Assembly: GCF_009914755.1 (NCBI RefSeq)
Contig: NC_060928.1
Length of the DNA: 64,000 bases
Direction: 5' to 3' (one strand)
Source: the human T2T-CHM13v2.0 reference genome, Homo sapiens
Below, piece by piece: positions 13,487 to 28,878 of this stretch; the stretch's first letter is position 1, and each line of letters starts with the position of its first letter. The translations under genes and the position numbers were made by a program. The notes below the pieces were generated by a model. That model was not told the origin of the DNA, searched no databases, and saw only the letters and a list, made by a program, of their open reading frames with translations.

Positions 13487-13797
13487 GGGTGGTGCAGTGG
13501 CTCTCACCTGTAATCCCAGCACTTTGGGAGGTCAAGGGCGGATCACCTGAGGTCAGGAGTTTGAGACCAGAGACCAGACTGGCCTACATGGTGAAACCCT
13601 GTCTCTACTAAAAATACAAAAATTAGCTGGGTGTGGTGGTGGCCACCTGTAATCCCAGCTACTCAGGAGGCTGAGGCAGGAGAATTGCTTGAACCCAGCA
13701 GGCAGAGGTTACGGTGAGCCAAGATTATGCCACTGCACACCATCCTGGGTGACAGAGCGAGACTCCATCTCCCTGCCTCCAAAAAAAAAAAAAAAAA
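13487..13797 (+). mobile_element. AluSx-type
   Basis: GGATCACCTGAGGTCAGGAG; internal GAGACCA duplication; TSD about AAAGTTGA. Confidence 0.93.
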
Positions 13798-14229
13798 GTT
13801 GATTATGGCTCAGCATATGTAACAATTTATGTAGGAGTTTATTTGACATAAGATGATTAAGAAAAAAAATGTCTCTAACCAGAACTGTATAAGGTGAGAT
13901 TGAAAGAACAAAACAAGAGAGGCCTATGAGAAATGAGAGAATTTCAGCCAGAGGAAATAACATATCCAAAAACTTTGTGACTTTTATGGTTGTAGCAGGC
14001 TCATTAGGAGAGGGGTGAAATGGAATATGGTTAAAGCATACATGGCCTTAAAAGATCATCATAAAATATTTGATTTTCATTTTAATTCCAACAATAATTC
14101 ATTCCAGCTTTTTTTTTAGTTTGTTTTGTCTTATTGTTTGTTAATTGAATGAATTATTTCTTTCTGTATCTTATAAACTGTGTCATAAGTAACATCTTAG
14201 ATATGGACTTAAATGGCAATATTGATAAT

Positions 14230-14680
14230 TGCTAGAGGCTCAATGTGGAGACTCTGAAGTCTACAGAGCCACAACCTTAAAGAAGCCCCACACTTTTGTG
14301 GGATTTACCTCCAGAAACCCTGCCAGGTTCTCAGTGAGGATATAAGAAAGATGCCCTCAAGACTCTGGCAGGGCTTAGAGAACGGTGGCACCCATTGTAA
14401 AGCCTCTGTCTTCCATTACAAATGCTCACTCTCCAGTAGATGGATTTTGTTTAAGTTTGTGAAGTAGAATCCTCTACACTTTTCTTCCTCTCCAGCTTTC
14501 CTGTGTCATTTAAGGGGAAAAAGCACAAAGTTAACAAAAAATATGGCTTCAAGGAAACACTGGGAATGTTACAGTCAGGGAAATGAATAAAAGGCAAGGA
14601 AACAACAACAACGACAACAACATCAACAACAACAACAAAAACAAAAACAAAAAACTACACCACTGGAGAAATGATATAAA
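14230..14680 (+). mobile_element. Old L1M 5'-region fragment with (AAC)n at 14600-14655
   Basis: CCCCACACTTTTGTGGGATTTACCTCCAGAAACCCTGCCAGGTTCTCA resembles L1M 5' sequence. Confidence 0.5.
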
Positions 14681-15536
14681 TGTTAACAAAGACTATTACC
14701 AAGACAGCCTTAAAGTTTCCCTCAGTTTGACTGAAATTTACACAGTCTTCTTCAGACCCCTGACCTTCATTTTCTTACTTACTTTAGAAAACTAGGGTGT
14801 AATTGTAAATTATTTTTCTGCTCCTCTGACATATAAAAGTTTGAAAAGACTCTTGCCAGGACTTTCTCAAGGACCTGGGGGCCATCCCTTTGAAATACAA
14901 TCAAGGAAGATAGTCCCTTGTCTCTGTTTCTGTGGGAGGGTAGGATCCTAACCTTGTTTCTCCAATCTGTGAAACTACCTCCTGTCAGGAAGATAGAAAC
15001 AAGCTTACTTTTCCTTTGAGTATAGTCAATTAGATGGCCTAAGAGCCACCCATCCTGGTTTTTAAAAGCTCTCCTGCCTTTTGTTAGAGTGAAGTTGAGT
15101 ATCCAGACTTGGTATGCTCTCTCTCCCACGTGGCTGACAATAGTATTGGAAAAAAAAAATCAATTTCTGTTTGTTCATCTTTGTCCATTGTGATACAGTT
15201 ATCTTTTATTTTTATTTTATTTTATTTTATTTTTTGGAGACAAGGTCTCACTCTGTCGCCCAGGCTGGGGTACAGTGGCATGATCAAAGCTCACTGCACC
15301 CTCTGCCTTTCAGGCTCAAGTGATACTCCCACTTCAGCCTCCCAAGTAGCTGGAACTACAGTCCTACACCACCAAATCTGTCTAATTATTGTATTTTTTG
15401 TCCAGTGAGGGTTGCATCATGTTTCCCAGGCTGGTCTCGAACTCCTGGGCTCAAGCAATCCACCAGTATTGGCCTCCCAAAGTGCTGGGATTACAGGCAT
15501 GAGCCTCTACACCTGGCCCGGTGTGATTTTTTAACA
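14681..15536 (+). mobile_element. ERV1 LTR (MER67/MER31-like), Alu-interrupted
   Basis: TG...CA ends; CAGCCTTAAAGTTTCCCTCAGTTTGACT; CAAGGACCTGGGGGCCATCCCTTTGAAAT; followed by PBS-like TGGTGCCCTGACCCTGAT (15543-15560). Confidence 0.65.
15204..15519 (-). mobile_element. AluJ-type
   Basis: CAAGGTCTCACTCTG, GGCTCAAGTGAT, CCTGGGCTCAAGCAATCC diagnostics. Confidence 0.9.
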
Positions 15537-17265
15537 GTTTGTTGGTGCCCTGACCCTGATCAGGACTGGAACCTCCATTAAACTCTGGATCTTTCACCCT
15601 AAGGAAAGTACACACCCCTCACACCTGTGTTGACTTTGGCTAGACTCTGGGAGATACTTCAGTGAGTCTGAATCCTGATTCTATGCTATAGACATTTTTG
15701 AGGCATCATAGGAGTGGATTTTGATTCTTTTGAGCAATTATATAAGGGTTAAGGTCCCCTTTTGGGTTAATATCCTTGCACATTTTAGAGTCTTACAAAA
15801 CCAGAGGCCTCCTGTTATAATGGAAATAGATTCGCAATCTACTGATACTCTTCTGCCTCATATTCCTGCTCACTATGTGCTAGGGGACTACGCTACATGC
15901 TCTGTCCACTTCCTTTTTTTTCCTTTGGCATGATGTTAGAAAGGATAATTTAAAACTTCAATTGCCTTTTTGGAAAACAAGATTTCCTGAAGCTGGTTCA
16001 TCTAAAACTTCTCCCATCTCTCACTTCCAGTTTTCTTTCTCTCTTGCCCACCTTCGAGCTTTCCTGTAGCTCCCTAAAATCCTTTGATCTACCTTCTCCA
16101 TCCCTTTATCTACCCCTGAATCATCTTTTTCTTCCTACTTCAGCCCCTCAAATCCCAATATTCACTTGAATTTTGGGTCCCCTGACCTCTTCAGAGCGCT
16201 GAAGGGGTTCATGCACCCCAATAGTAACCCCTTGGTACCAGAAGATAGAAACAGATGGGGTATTTCATCTATTCACATGGGTTTTGGGGACACCCAGATA
16301 TCTTCTTGGTGTCTCTTCAGCCCCTCACCCAAAATTTAGTCTACAGCCTTCACAAAATTATGTATCAGTGCACAAAAAAATATTAAACGCCTTCTTCATA
16401 AATATTGTTAGGAAACTTTAGCCCTCTTATTGGGCCAGTAACCACAATTTGTCTCAATTGTCAGAAACACAATTCTGATAAAATCTAAAATCAAACAGAG
16501 TTGAGAGTCAACAGCTACAAAAACAGGTAACTTTTGTATTGCTGTGTTTATGCCTGACTCATAGCTAAAGTTTTAGAACGAAAGATAAAAGATCTTTATT
16601 TGCATCTGTCTCATATATACATATGTATGCATTAAGTTACGAATGTGACATTTTCCTACCTCCAGATGGTATTACCAAATTCATTTATAGAATTGCTTAA
16701 AGGAGCTCTATTATAATTGCCATAGAAATAAATAAGTGCTAATATATTAAATATTCCTAAATATAGAAACTAACCCAAATGTTTTAAAGATTCAGATTTA
16801 TATAATTTGAGTAAGCCTTTGGCAAATAAGACTTGTGTCTTATTTGTTTACATAACAAAGGCTATGTCTTCTGAGTAATCAGCATTAAGTATAAGAAGAC
16901 ATGTATTTTCTTCTACGTGGGTTTACTAATTGAATAATCTAATATTATATCTATAGGATATTTAATATTATAAAAATCAAATTTGATTTGATCAAATTGA
17001 ATCATGACAAATTTTATTTAAAAATAATATATGTTATAATATGTCTGTTTTAAAATAATTTTCAAAATATGTTTGGTAACTTGAAAACTTAGAAATACTA
17101 AATTAAATAATAAATATTCATCAAACATTGACATTATTCTAAGTGAGATAAAATACTGAAACATTAATTATTAAGCATAAGTTTGTTTATATAATTTTGC
17201 ATCTTATTTTTATATGGTATGCAAAAGCCAAATATATTTGAGTCTGTTAATAAAAGTTTATTTTT
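15537..17265 (+). mobile_element. MER4-group non-autonomous ERV1 internal sequence
   Basis: Follows the LTR and PBS; AT-rich motifs such as TTGGCAAATAAGACT and GCTATGTCTTCTGAG typical of MER4-group internals. Confidence 0.5.
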
Positions 17266-17519
17266 AGCTCAATGAGAATCTAGAATACAGATTTTAGAAT
17301 TTATAAATTTTAATATGATGTGATACAGATAAGATAGTGTTTCTAATATGTATGCAATACTGTTGAGTGATATTTCAGTGAAGTAAATAATATGTCACAT
17401 TTTATAGAAAGTAAACCATATGCTTAGCAATTTAAAACTAATCTCCATGAGCAGTAATTTAATAATAGATGTTAAATATGGAAATCTAACCAATATCTAC
17501 TCTCTCCAAACTTGTTCAA

Positions 17520-17740
17520 CATAGTTTAGTAGCAAAGAAATCAGACGTGGAAAACTTGTGCTCAAATCCTGATTCTGCCACTCTTAAGCAATTGAACTCT
17601 AATGAAGTTATTTAGTCTCTCCAAGGTTCAGTTTCCTCACAAAGATAGTGATACTTCAAAAACATAACTGTGTGTGAGTATTCAATACTATTTATGCATT
17701 TGAAAATATTTACCCAGTAAACACTGGACAGTTTTATTAG
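17520..17740 (+). mobile_element. MIR
   Basis: CTCAAATCCTGATTCTGCCACT...AAGTTATTTAGTCTCTCC...CAGTTTCCTCA. Confidence 0.65.
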
Positions 17741-18136
17741 CAAATATTTTTCAAAGAGAAAACCAAACCTTCATGTATGTGGAAATAAAAACAAATCCAA
17801 TTTGATTATATTTGCACAAAAATGTATTTATTATATTGCACAAAAATATTTATTCAAATATATATTTTGAATATAAAATATTCTGGGACTTGCAGAGTCA
17901 TTGCACAACCAAAGGGCCAATGTTCTAGAGAGAAAAGAATGATAGACAGGTGAAATTATATTTTGAAATTGTTTTTTCTGGATGTAATTTACTAATATTC
18001 AGATAAGACAGCCTCTGTTAAAAAAAAAAAGAATAGAGTTTTTGTAGTATTGTTTTGCTGAATAAACTAGGTTTAAAGTTTGCAAACTGATGATGTGCTA
18101 GAATAAATAAACCAAGAAATTAGTTGATGCCAGATT

Positions 18137-18309
18137 ATTATAAAACCATCAGATCTCATGAGAACTCACTCACTATCAGGAGAACAGCATGGGGGAAACC
18201 GCCCTCATTATCCAAGTACCTCCACCTGGTTCTGCCCTTGACTCGTGGAAATTATGGACATTACAATTCAGGTGAGATTCGAGTGGGGCCATACAGCCAA
18301 ACCATATCA
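18137..18309 (-). mobile_element. THE1-type MaLR LTR fragment
   Basis: ATAAAACCATCAGATCTCATGAGAACTCACTCACTATC...CAGCCAAACCATATCA. Confidence 0.85.
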
Positions 18310-18695
18310 GGCCATTTGCCTCTAAAAAGGGATATCTGAGAATGGGGAATGTATAAAGAAAAAAGGTTTAAATACCTCATGGTTCTGCAGGGTGTACAAG
18401 AAAGGTGATACTGCATCTGCTCTGGTAAGGGCTTCAGGGAGCTTACAATCATAGCAGAAGGTGAAGGGGAAGCAGGTGTGTCAGATGATGAGGAAGGGAA
18501 CAAGAGAGCAAGGAAGGAGAGGTCCAGACATTTAAACAACCAGATCTCATGTGAACTAACTGAGCAAGAACTCACTCATCACTGAGGAGATGGTGCTAAA
18601 CCATTCATGAGAGATCTGCCTCCATGATTCAATCACCTCCCACCAGGACCCACCTCCAACTTGAAAAGCAGATTTCAACATGAGATTTGGAGGGA
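18310..18695 (-). mobile_element. MSTB-type MaLR LTR
   Basis: TCATGGTTCTGCAGG...GAGCTTACAATCATAGCAGAAGG...GGTGCTAAACCATTCATGAG...CAACATGAGATTTGGAGGG. Confidence 0.85.
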
Positions 18696-18697
18696 AT

Positions 18698-18849
18698 CTT
18701 TAAAGTCCTCAAATAAAATCATTTCTATATCCTTTAGAGTCCTCAAAGAAAACTTTACTTTAGAGTCCTCAAAGAAACTTCTTTAGGGTCCTCAAAGAAA
18801 ATAACTTCCTTAGAGTCCTCAGAGAAAATAATTTCTATATCCTTTAAAA

Positions 18850-18850
<1 letters not shown>
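18698..18850. repeat. Minisatellite, core CTTTAGAGTCCTCAAAGAAA, 5 copies plus a partial
   Basis: Cores start at 18698, 18732, 18758, 18781, 18808 and (partial) 18842; periods 23-34 bp. Confidence 0.9.
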
Positions 18851-20420
<1,570 letters not shown>

Positions 20421-21064
20421 TAAAACATGCCATCCACAAATAAACACACACACATACACATATATGTATACAAAAGCTATTATGTGGTTAAAGAATAAAA
20501 TAATAGCTTGCTTTCTTTTGAGATGAAAAAGAAAGCATCTCCACTCTGACAACTTTAGAGACATTTCAGGATATTGCATCAGAATTTCTTGTAGTGAGAA
20601 ACTTTCTTTGTATCAGTTATCTTAACATTCCATTAAGTCACTTAAAAAATTATAATAAAATAGCTTGATTCTCTTTCCCACCCCTAGGCAGAGGAGGGAG
20701 AAAACTTGACAAACTGTTTCATTAAAACAGCTTGGAAAGTGTTTTTTAAAATCAAAGGTAAAAAGTGAATTGGTGTCCCTAAAATTTAAGAGAAACCATG
20801 TTGGCTAAACAAAATAACATATAGGCGTTATCACTCCATCTGTCTCCATCTATCACATACCACCCCTTTCTGTTTTTGTTTAAACACAATATTCACTTTC
20901 CCTACCTGCCATAGTTTAATTATTTCATGTAAATCAAAACCACACTTCGCCCTCCTTCAAGAAAGAGTAGAGCCAAAGTTCAGTTACTGCTGAAACTGAA
21001 AGTTCAAGATCTCCAAGTGATGTTCATTCCTTGTTTTGAGTTCCTTAAGCCACACCTACTTTTA

Positions 21065-21150
21065 TTATTACACATTGTGTATATGTATCAAAACATTACA
21101 CTGTACCCCATACATATGTACAATTATTATGTGTCAATTAAAAATAAAAT
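21065..21150 (+). mobile_element. Short L1MA 3' terminus
   Basis: TATCAAAACATTACACTGTACCCCATACATATGTACAATTATTATGTGTCAATTAAAAATAAA. Confidence 0.75.
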
Positions 21151-21941
21151 GAAGTATTATGGGCCAATTGACATATTTACTAACAGTACCACATTGTGTA
21201 TACCGTTGGCTAGGCCTTGCCAGGGTATGTAAGCCAATTCTTTGCCTTTTAATATTGCCTCCTGAGTTTTTTTCTAGATTCCATTCTTATACCACTTATA
21301 TAGAAGAAATACAATTTTCCCGTAACTTCCATAGAGAAATCACAAAATTAATATTGTAAGTGTTATGCATGCCTGTTTGCTTCCGATCCCGATGAATCTA
21401 AATAGCTAGATAATCCTCTGTGTTTTCAATTCTGTGGGGAAAAGTTGGGTCAATTATATTTATTTCTCCCTTTATTATTAAAGCCTGAAATTCCATACAG
21501 CTGAGTATGCTGGGTAATAAAATATATTTATATATCACAGGAGGGTTATTATGTATGATACCAAAAGTCCTGCCATGAATTTTTGCTTCCAAAAGACAAA
21601 CAACAGATTTTGGTCAATAGTTTAGATAAAAAATTGCAAAATAAAGTATCATAAAGTCTTAAGGTTACTTGAGGGGCAATCTGTAACTTGGCAACACTGT
21701 ATTATCTTTACATTTGTTCATGTAATTTGGAGTGTATCTGATAACGTTAATAAGAACCTCTGGTCAAAGTATCACAACTTAATCCGTATTGGGAAGACAC
21801 TTAGTCACTGGTGTGGAAATGGAGATATTTTAATATAAATTTTGCATATAAAATATGCAAATATTTTAATAAAAATATATGTATATTTCTACTATCATCT
21901 TTTAAAGCGTTGAAATAAAGGCTTATTTAAAAATTATTTGA

Positions 21942-22240
21942 GGGTGGGTGCCATGGCTCATGCCTGTAATTCCAGAACTTTGGGAGGCTGAAGCGAGATG
22001 ATCACCTGAGGTCAGGAGTTCAAGACCAGCCTGGCCAACATGGCAAAACCCCATCTCTACTAAAAATACAAAAATATCAGCCAGGCATGGTGGCACATGC
22101 CTGTAGTCCCAGCTACTTGGGAGGCCGAGGCATGAGAATCACTTGAACCCGAGAGGTGAAGGCTGCAGTAAGCCCAGGTCACTTCCACTGTACTCTGGCC
22201 TAGGTTACAGAGAGATACTTTGTTTCAAAAAAAAAAAAAA
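21942..22240 (+). mobile_element. AluSx/Sz-type
   Basis: Full Alu; TSD AAAAATT(A/C)TTTGA. Confidence 0.93.
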
Positions 22241-23459
22241 ATTCTTTGAAGGAAGTGATGGGAGTCATATACTTTAGAAGACCTTACCTGGTAGACCTAG
22301 TGCTATAGATTGAGAAATAACATACAACATATATCTTATTAGACTATATGAATCATTAATAATTGTAGATGTCTCTTCTATTCTAGAATTTTAGAAGTCT
22401 ACTTATCACCCAAAACATAACTTAAGCATTCTTTAACTTGTTTCTTCAATATTAGAATAAATTTTATAGAAATAATGTTAGACTTTGCTACACATCACAT
22501 CAATAATACAAAGTAGCAATTTAATTTTGGTCAAAAATGAAACAAAAACTATTATCTTTGGCTCATAAATAAGGGGCTATTTTTTTCTGGTTGCATGAGC
22601 ACAGAATATATGGAAGTACCAATATATGAACATATGTCACATTTTTTTCTCCTATAGAATTTGATTCAATGGTCAAACATTGTAGTGTCTGACATACATA
22701 AGTGTATGAATTTGTTAAAAAAATCACATGAAATATTCAAACAATTGAAGAAATATAGAAGACTAGTACAACAAGATTGTGGTATAAAACATAATATGAT
22801 GAATAATATATTTAGCATCGTGATAAGGGATATGGCTTATAGAATGAAAACAATTTATAAATGACTTCATTGCCTCTTTTGTGTGATCCCATTTATAGTA
22901 ATCATTGAAAAGTACATCTTTGTCTAATAAAGAAATTCCCAGATAAATAGGCTCAGGACATTTGGGTGAAGGTTTACAGTGAAAATTAGAATACATTTTT
23001 GTATTATTACTACGGGATTCTTCCTCAGTTTTTCAGCTTCACCTGGGCTCTCTCTGAGACTTGATTGAATCAGTAAACTTAAATATGGGGACAGGATTAT
23101 TTACCATGGTGGCTCAAGTCAGATTTCTGTTTATATTATCTTGAGCACTTTGTTATTGTTATTTTTGTTATTTGTTATTTTAAAATAGTAGGGAATTTTT
23201 AGGCTTTCTATTTATTTTGGGCTTACTGCACCAGTAGATTGAGCAAATCTGAAAACTGCTTAGTATGGTCATTTCACATTTTCTCTAGTGTTTCTGTCTG
23301 ACATATACCATTTCAAATCCTGCTATCTCCTTTAAAACCTGAGAGCTAAATTCAACTGTGTGTACCACGCTTGTCCCAAAGTAACATGATCTATTAAAAG
23401 ATGACGGTGCTTGTATAGTTCTCAATGCTTTGTAAATAAAATATATTCCATATTTATTT

Positions 23460-23930
23460 GTAACTTTTATTAAGCAAATATTTTAAAATTGCTATTATAT
23501 GCTAGGTTCTATTCTAGACACATTCAATAGTGAATAAAATTAAACAAAAATTCTTGTTCTTAAAGGACTTATATTCTAGTTGAGGAACTCAGATAATAGA
23601 TAAATTAAAGAATAAAATACAGAATATGCTAGAAAGTTATATGACTTTGGAAATATTAATAAATCAAGGACAAGGGTACCACGTGTTGTGCAAAGGTGAT
23701 ACAATTTTAATATGATATTCAGGGACAATCCCACTGAAAACGTAGCAATTGAGATAAGATATAAATAAGTGAGGAAGTAAGCCATGGCGAATGTGAGGCA
23801 GGAGAAAGGAATTGGCAAACAAACAAACAAACAGGAAATGAAAGATGCTGAAGTGGGACCTTCCTTGGCATGTTTGGGGAACAGAAAGGAATCCGGTGGG
23901 GCTTGAATGAAGGGAGAGAGGAGACGTTGA
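23460..23930 (-). mobile_element. L2 fragment
   Basis: TATGCTAGGTTCTATTCTAGACAC...GGACTTATATTCTAG...CCTTGGCATGTTTGGGGAACAGAAAGG. Confidence 0.65.
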
Positions 23931-24109
23931 AGAATAGATTAATTCATCTGCCTCCTGCCTACACCATCATGTTACCTCTATCTTGGAGAAATTTAGAAAA
24001 TTTCTTTGTCTCACTTTGCCAAACTTTGACACTGGTACCAATGAGAGAGGGTAGGTCAGCCCTTCAAAGCATCCTATGAATATCTCTTTGATTTGCCTCC
24101 TGAAACCCA

Positions 24110-24575
24110 TATATAAAACCTTTGAAAATGGCTTTTTTCTATTAGGACAATTATCTATACATTTATTTAGGTTGTTATGTGCATTAATAGTGCATTCTTT
24201 GGTTGTTGAGTAGTATTCCATGTATGAATGTACCACCATTTATTCATCTATTCAAGGATATGTGGAGTGTTTCCAGTTTCAGACTATTATAATGACATTG
24301 TTATAAACATTCATATACAAAATTTTGTGTGACCCTATCTTGATTTCTGTAGAACATATGTCTAGAAGTGCAATGACTGGAATTCATAGTAGATGCATAT
24401 TCAGTGTTTTTTAAAATAAATTCCCAAACTGTTTTAGAGAGAAGCTCAAAAGCTGTTAAGTTTGTGAAGAAACAGAATCACTCATACACTGCCCTAGTGG
24501 CAGCAAGCTTGCCAGCACTTTCTATCATTAGTTTATATTTTAGCCATTCTGATAGGTATGCATGATATCTCATAT
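24110..24575 (-). mobile_element. Old L1M 3' fragment
   Basis: GAGTAGTATTCCATGTATGAATGTACCAC...TTTCCAGTTT...TAGCCATTCTGATAGGTATG. Confidence 0.7.
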
Positions 24576-25479
24576 TTTGAAAGCAAATACAGTTTATTGT
24601 TTTAGAGTAGTTTTAAACTTACAGAAATATGGCCAAAAAAACTTCAGAGTCCTCATAAACCCCCTATAGATCTTTATAAACAGATAACATTAAACAATAC
24701 TTTAGCAATTTTCAAATAATAAATTCATTCCAGTAGTTTTACCTCTCTAAGGCATTAACATTTTTCTCCTATAAATTTCCAGTAAATTACTGTAAACTTT
24801 ATTTGACAAGGGCAATGACTGAGGCCATGTTCAGACAACTTACCAATTAAATATACAAACCATGTATTTTAATGCTACAGTATTATTTCCAGAGTTTTAG
24901 ATAAGTGCACCTATATTGACTCATAAGCCTTGATTTGTCCTATTAGGTCTCTAACAGTAAAAATCAATTTGTAGTTGTATTCTTCACATATTGCCTATAT
25001 TAAGTATGAAATGTTTTCTTTATTTTTCTGTATAGTTCTTTTTATGTTAAATTTAAATTTGTAATTGACACATTCAATTGTAGTCGACAAATATCCAGAA
25101 TAGATTTTAGTTATAGATCTGGATAAATGAGGGATAACAGAGATTAAGTTAACTCATTGCAGCCTAATGCACTCAAGAGATGATGTGGCAGAATGATTAT
25201 TGTGGCTAAAGGGTCATCATTATACAGCAGGAAAACAAAAAGAACACTGACAAGAAATTATTACTAAGTACTGTTTTTTTGGTTTTTGAACACTCTTGTG
25301 TATCTCTGTTTCAATTCATGGAGTCCTAGTATTCCTAAATCACTGCTTTATTCTTATTTAAGTTTTGAATAGTATTACTTCAACTGATGCTGAATTCTAG
25401 CTTAGTATTACAGGTAAGAGAGAGAAACATTCATTTTGATAATTTTTTCAAACACCCTGGTGTTTTGAGGCTTATTAGA

Positions 25480-26160
25480 GAAGTGAGGAGGTTTAAGAAA
25501 AACTTTGATACTCATCTCTGTAATGAGGTGGGAAGTATTAAATTTGGGAAGTATTTGGGAAACAGCAGCATATAGATAGATATTAAAGCCAAGGCACTAA
25601 ATAAGGTCACCATGTAAATGAATGTAGATAGTGATGAGATCCAAAGTCTAAGACCTAAGCTGCATCTTGGTGAAGTATTTAGGAGAGGAAGTGGCTACAG
25701 CAACAAGACTGTAAAATATAATCTGCTAATATGGGAGAAAAACTAGGAAACAAGGAGAGTCTCCACTTTAGTATTCTCCACACGGCAGCCAGATGGATCC
25801 TGTTAAACGTGCTAAAATCCTCAAATATAATTTAATTTATCTCAAGCATTGAGATTAAAAGGAAAGGAAGTAACTGACACTTTAAAATGTTGCAGACAGA
25901 AAAATAAGAACTAGCATAGTGAAATGTTTGAGTTTAGCAAAAACATAGTCATTGTTGGTGTTGACAGTGTCTGTAGAATGGTATAGAAAAATTCACATCA
26001 GAAGAGATTTGAGAAATATTGGAGGAGAGAATGTATTGTCATTTTATGTGGGAAAATTTATAAACAGTTCTATTTAAAAGACAGCAGGAAACCAAGATAG
26101 AAGCTCCAAGGGGAAACGTAATTAAACTCTTTCCTTTTCACATGGGAGAAACCATAGTAA
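25480..26160 (-). mobile_element. L2 fragment containing a small opposite-strand L2 piece (about 25760-25825)
   Basis: AAATTTGGGA...AGCATATAGATAGATATTAAAGCC...; embedded ATTCTCCACACGGCAGCCAGA is sense L2. Confidence 0.55.
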
Positions 26161-28569
26161 TGATCCGATCAAAAGGTCAACAGCCAGAGTCTTGGCGATT
26201 GAATTACTGGCCAATGAATTTCATTAACTTTTGAGATAGCATGAATTTATACACAATGCAGGGCCTATGTTGCTTTATGTAGCTAATGGATCTCGGTTTG
26301 AAGCCTTGTTCAAAATATGTCATTTTGGGACAAAGTAACATCCACAGCTCTCTCTAATCTCTGCTTAAAGCCAATCTTAAGTAGCAGGGGTTATAGTAGT
26401 GTGTATGGGGATGAGGAAGGATATTAATATGTTCTATTTGAGATTTAGGGATTACATTTGTTTTTGCTCACATGGTTTTTCTCATCATTTGCTGTGAATC
26501 ACTAATTACTGAATTTTTTCCTCTTTTCAGCAGCTTCACATATTGCAAAGATTTGTCTGATTATCTAACAGATGAATTTCTCATTTATATGGTGATTTTT
26601 GTTCATATGTTTTTTCTTCTGTCTATATTTTCTCATCTTTTCAGTGTGAACGAGGGACCCAGGCATCCTGAAACATGAGAAGGCAGGTAGACAGTGTAAG
26701 CAACGAGCTCCACACATTTTTTTTTCTTGTCCAACAGATGTATGTAGCTAGCAACACTGGAGAAACATAATAACAAAAATATGTTTTACAAGGTTTAAAT
26801 CAACTGGAGATTTGGGCGATCATTTTCCAATAATGGTTAAGGCAGAATTTGAATCTAAAGAATTAGAATTTCCATAATATCTCAATTTATGTAAGGATCA
26901 TAGAACTTTGGAAGATTTTTTATTCTATATCATAAAATAATTATAAAATTTACAATAAATACAACTGTAATAAAATTAACTTTTAAAAACATGGTGGATT
27001 AAAAAAGTGAATCCACCATCCCTAATATATGCTATATTACATATATGCAATATCATCATTATTAATTGATAAGATGTATAATTTAATGTTAATAATGTCA
27101 CTTTCAAGAGTATATTATTATATTTTAAATTACTTTACAAACATGAAATCTATTGGTAATATTTTTAGAAAATTGTCTATCATAAAAATATACAATCATT
27201 AATTTGTATAAGTAATATATGCTTATGTCACTGAGTGAAACAGTAATATTGAGGCAATTACATAACATATTAATGAATATGATAAAAATTATAGTGGATA
27301 AGAACCAGGTCATTTGACTTATAATTTTTAATAGGTTTACTTACAGGAAAATACATTATACATCTTAATAAATTTAAGGGCTTATCAATTACGATGCCCC
27401 AAAATTCCTTTGACAATCATATACTTTCATAGCCAATACATTTTTACAGAAATCTATGTAAAATATAGAAACTGCAGATACAGAGGAGTGACATCAGCAA
27501 GAAGTTAGAATATAATTTTTCAGTGTTTCCCTTCTCAGTAACATCAACTTGAATAAGTATGCACAAAAATACCCTTATAAGCTAGTGAATGTAGAGGAGA
27601 GATCATAGCACTTGGATGTACGTATCACAGAAATTTAAAAAGACACATTGAAGTGAATAAAAAGGACAGTTTCACAGCCACATCACCCTTCCCCCAAGCC
27701 CAGGCAACACAGCATAGAGAGAGATGTCATGTGGAGCAGCGGTACCCAACCCTGGATATCCCGGGTACTAAAAGGATGAGTAGCAATGCAATAATAGTAA
27801 AAGACAAATATCACATTAGACAGTAAATCATTAGAAAATCAGTGGACTTAAATAGAAATCGTATGGCCCTAACAGCCATATACAGAACACTCCATCCAAA
27901 AGCAGCAAAATGCACATTCTTTTCAAATGCACATTAAATATTGTCTAGGATATATCATGTATAAGGCCAAAAAAATGTCTTAGCAAAATTAAGATGGAAA
28001 TAATAAGTTTCTTTTTTGACCGCAATGGTATAAAACTAAAGATCAGTAACAAGAAAAAAAAATTGGAAAATTTACAAAAATATGAAATTAAATAATAGAA
28101 TCCTCAATAACAAATGAGTCAAATAAGCAATCCAAAGGAACATACCATAGCTTGAGTCAGATGAAAATGGAAACACAGTATGCCAAAACCTATGGGATAC
28201 ATCCAGAGAAGTTCTAAGAGGAAACTTGGTAGTGGTAAATTACTACATTAAGAAAAGAAGATCTCAAACAACCTAATTTTATATCTCAAGAAACTAGAGA
28301 AGGGACAAACAATCCCAAAGTCAATAGAAGAAAGCAAATCATAAAATCAGAGCAAAAATAAATGAAATAAAGACTAGAAAACAATAGAAAAGATTAATGA
28401 AACTCAAAGTTGGTATTTTTTTTTAAAAAAATAAGCAAAATTAAGAGCCTTTAGCTAGACTAAGAAAAAAAGAGAAAAACAAATATCAAACAAAAAAGGA
28501 GACATCACAACTAGTACCACAGAAATAAAAAGTATCTAAGAGGCTCACGTGAACAAATTGAATAATGTA

Positions 28570-28672
28570 TTAGGTTGGTGCAAATGTAATTGTGATTTTT
28601 GCCATTAAAAGTTTTGCATTAAAAGTAAGATTTTAATGGTAAAAACTGCACTTATGTTTGCACCAACCCAAT
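28570..28672. mobile_element. MADE1 (Hsmar1 MITE) with internal duplication
   Basis: TTAGGTTGGTGCAAA...TTTGCACCAACCCAA terminal inverted repeats; CATTAAAAGT duplicated in the centre. Confidence 0.9.
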
Positions 28673-28878
28673 GGAACAAATGGATATCTTTCTGTAAACA
28701 TATAACCTATGACGACTGAATTATGAAAAAAATAGAAAATCTGAATAGAACTAATAATAAGGATATCCATTCAGTGATAAAATCTTCCATCAAAATATGC
28801 CCATGACCTGATAGCTTCACAGCTGAATTCTACCAAACATTAAAATACATTCAAAACATTCTCAATGTCTTAAAAAAA

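Noticed and set aside
13487-15519. Inverted AluS/AluJ pair as a dsRNA editing substrate
   Set aside because: Common genome-wide, divergent subfamilies 1.4 kb apart, and no evidence of transcription.
22640-26700. Isolated splice-like signals (acceptors near 22657, 26530 and 26643; donor CAG|GTAAGA near 25413)
   Set aside because: Expected by chance in AT-rich DNA. No coherent coding exon chain, and lncRNA exons cannot be supported without transcript data.
27736-27752. CAGCGGTACCCAACC resembling the missing MER1B left TIR
   Set aside because: Only 15 nt, 17 kb away, and its flanking 8-mer does not match the CTTTAGAG next to the MER1B right end.
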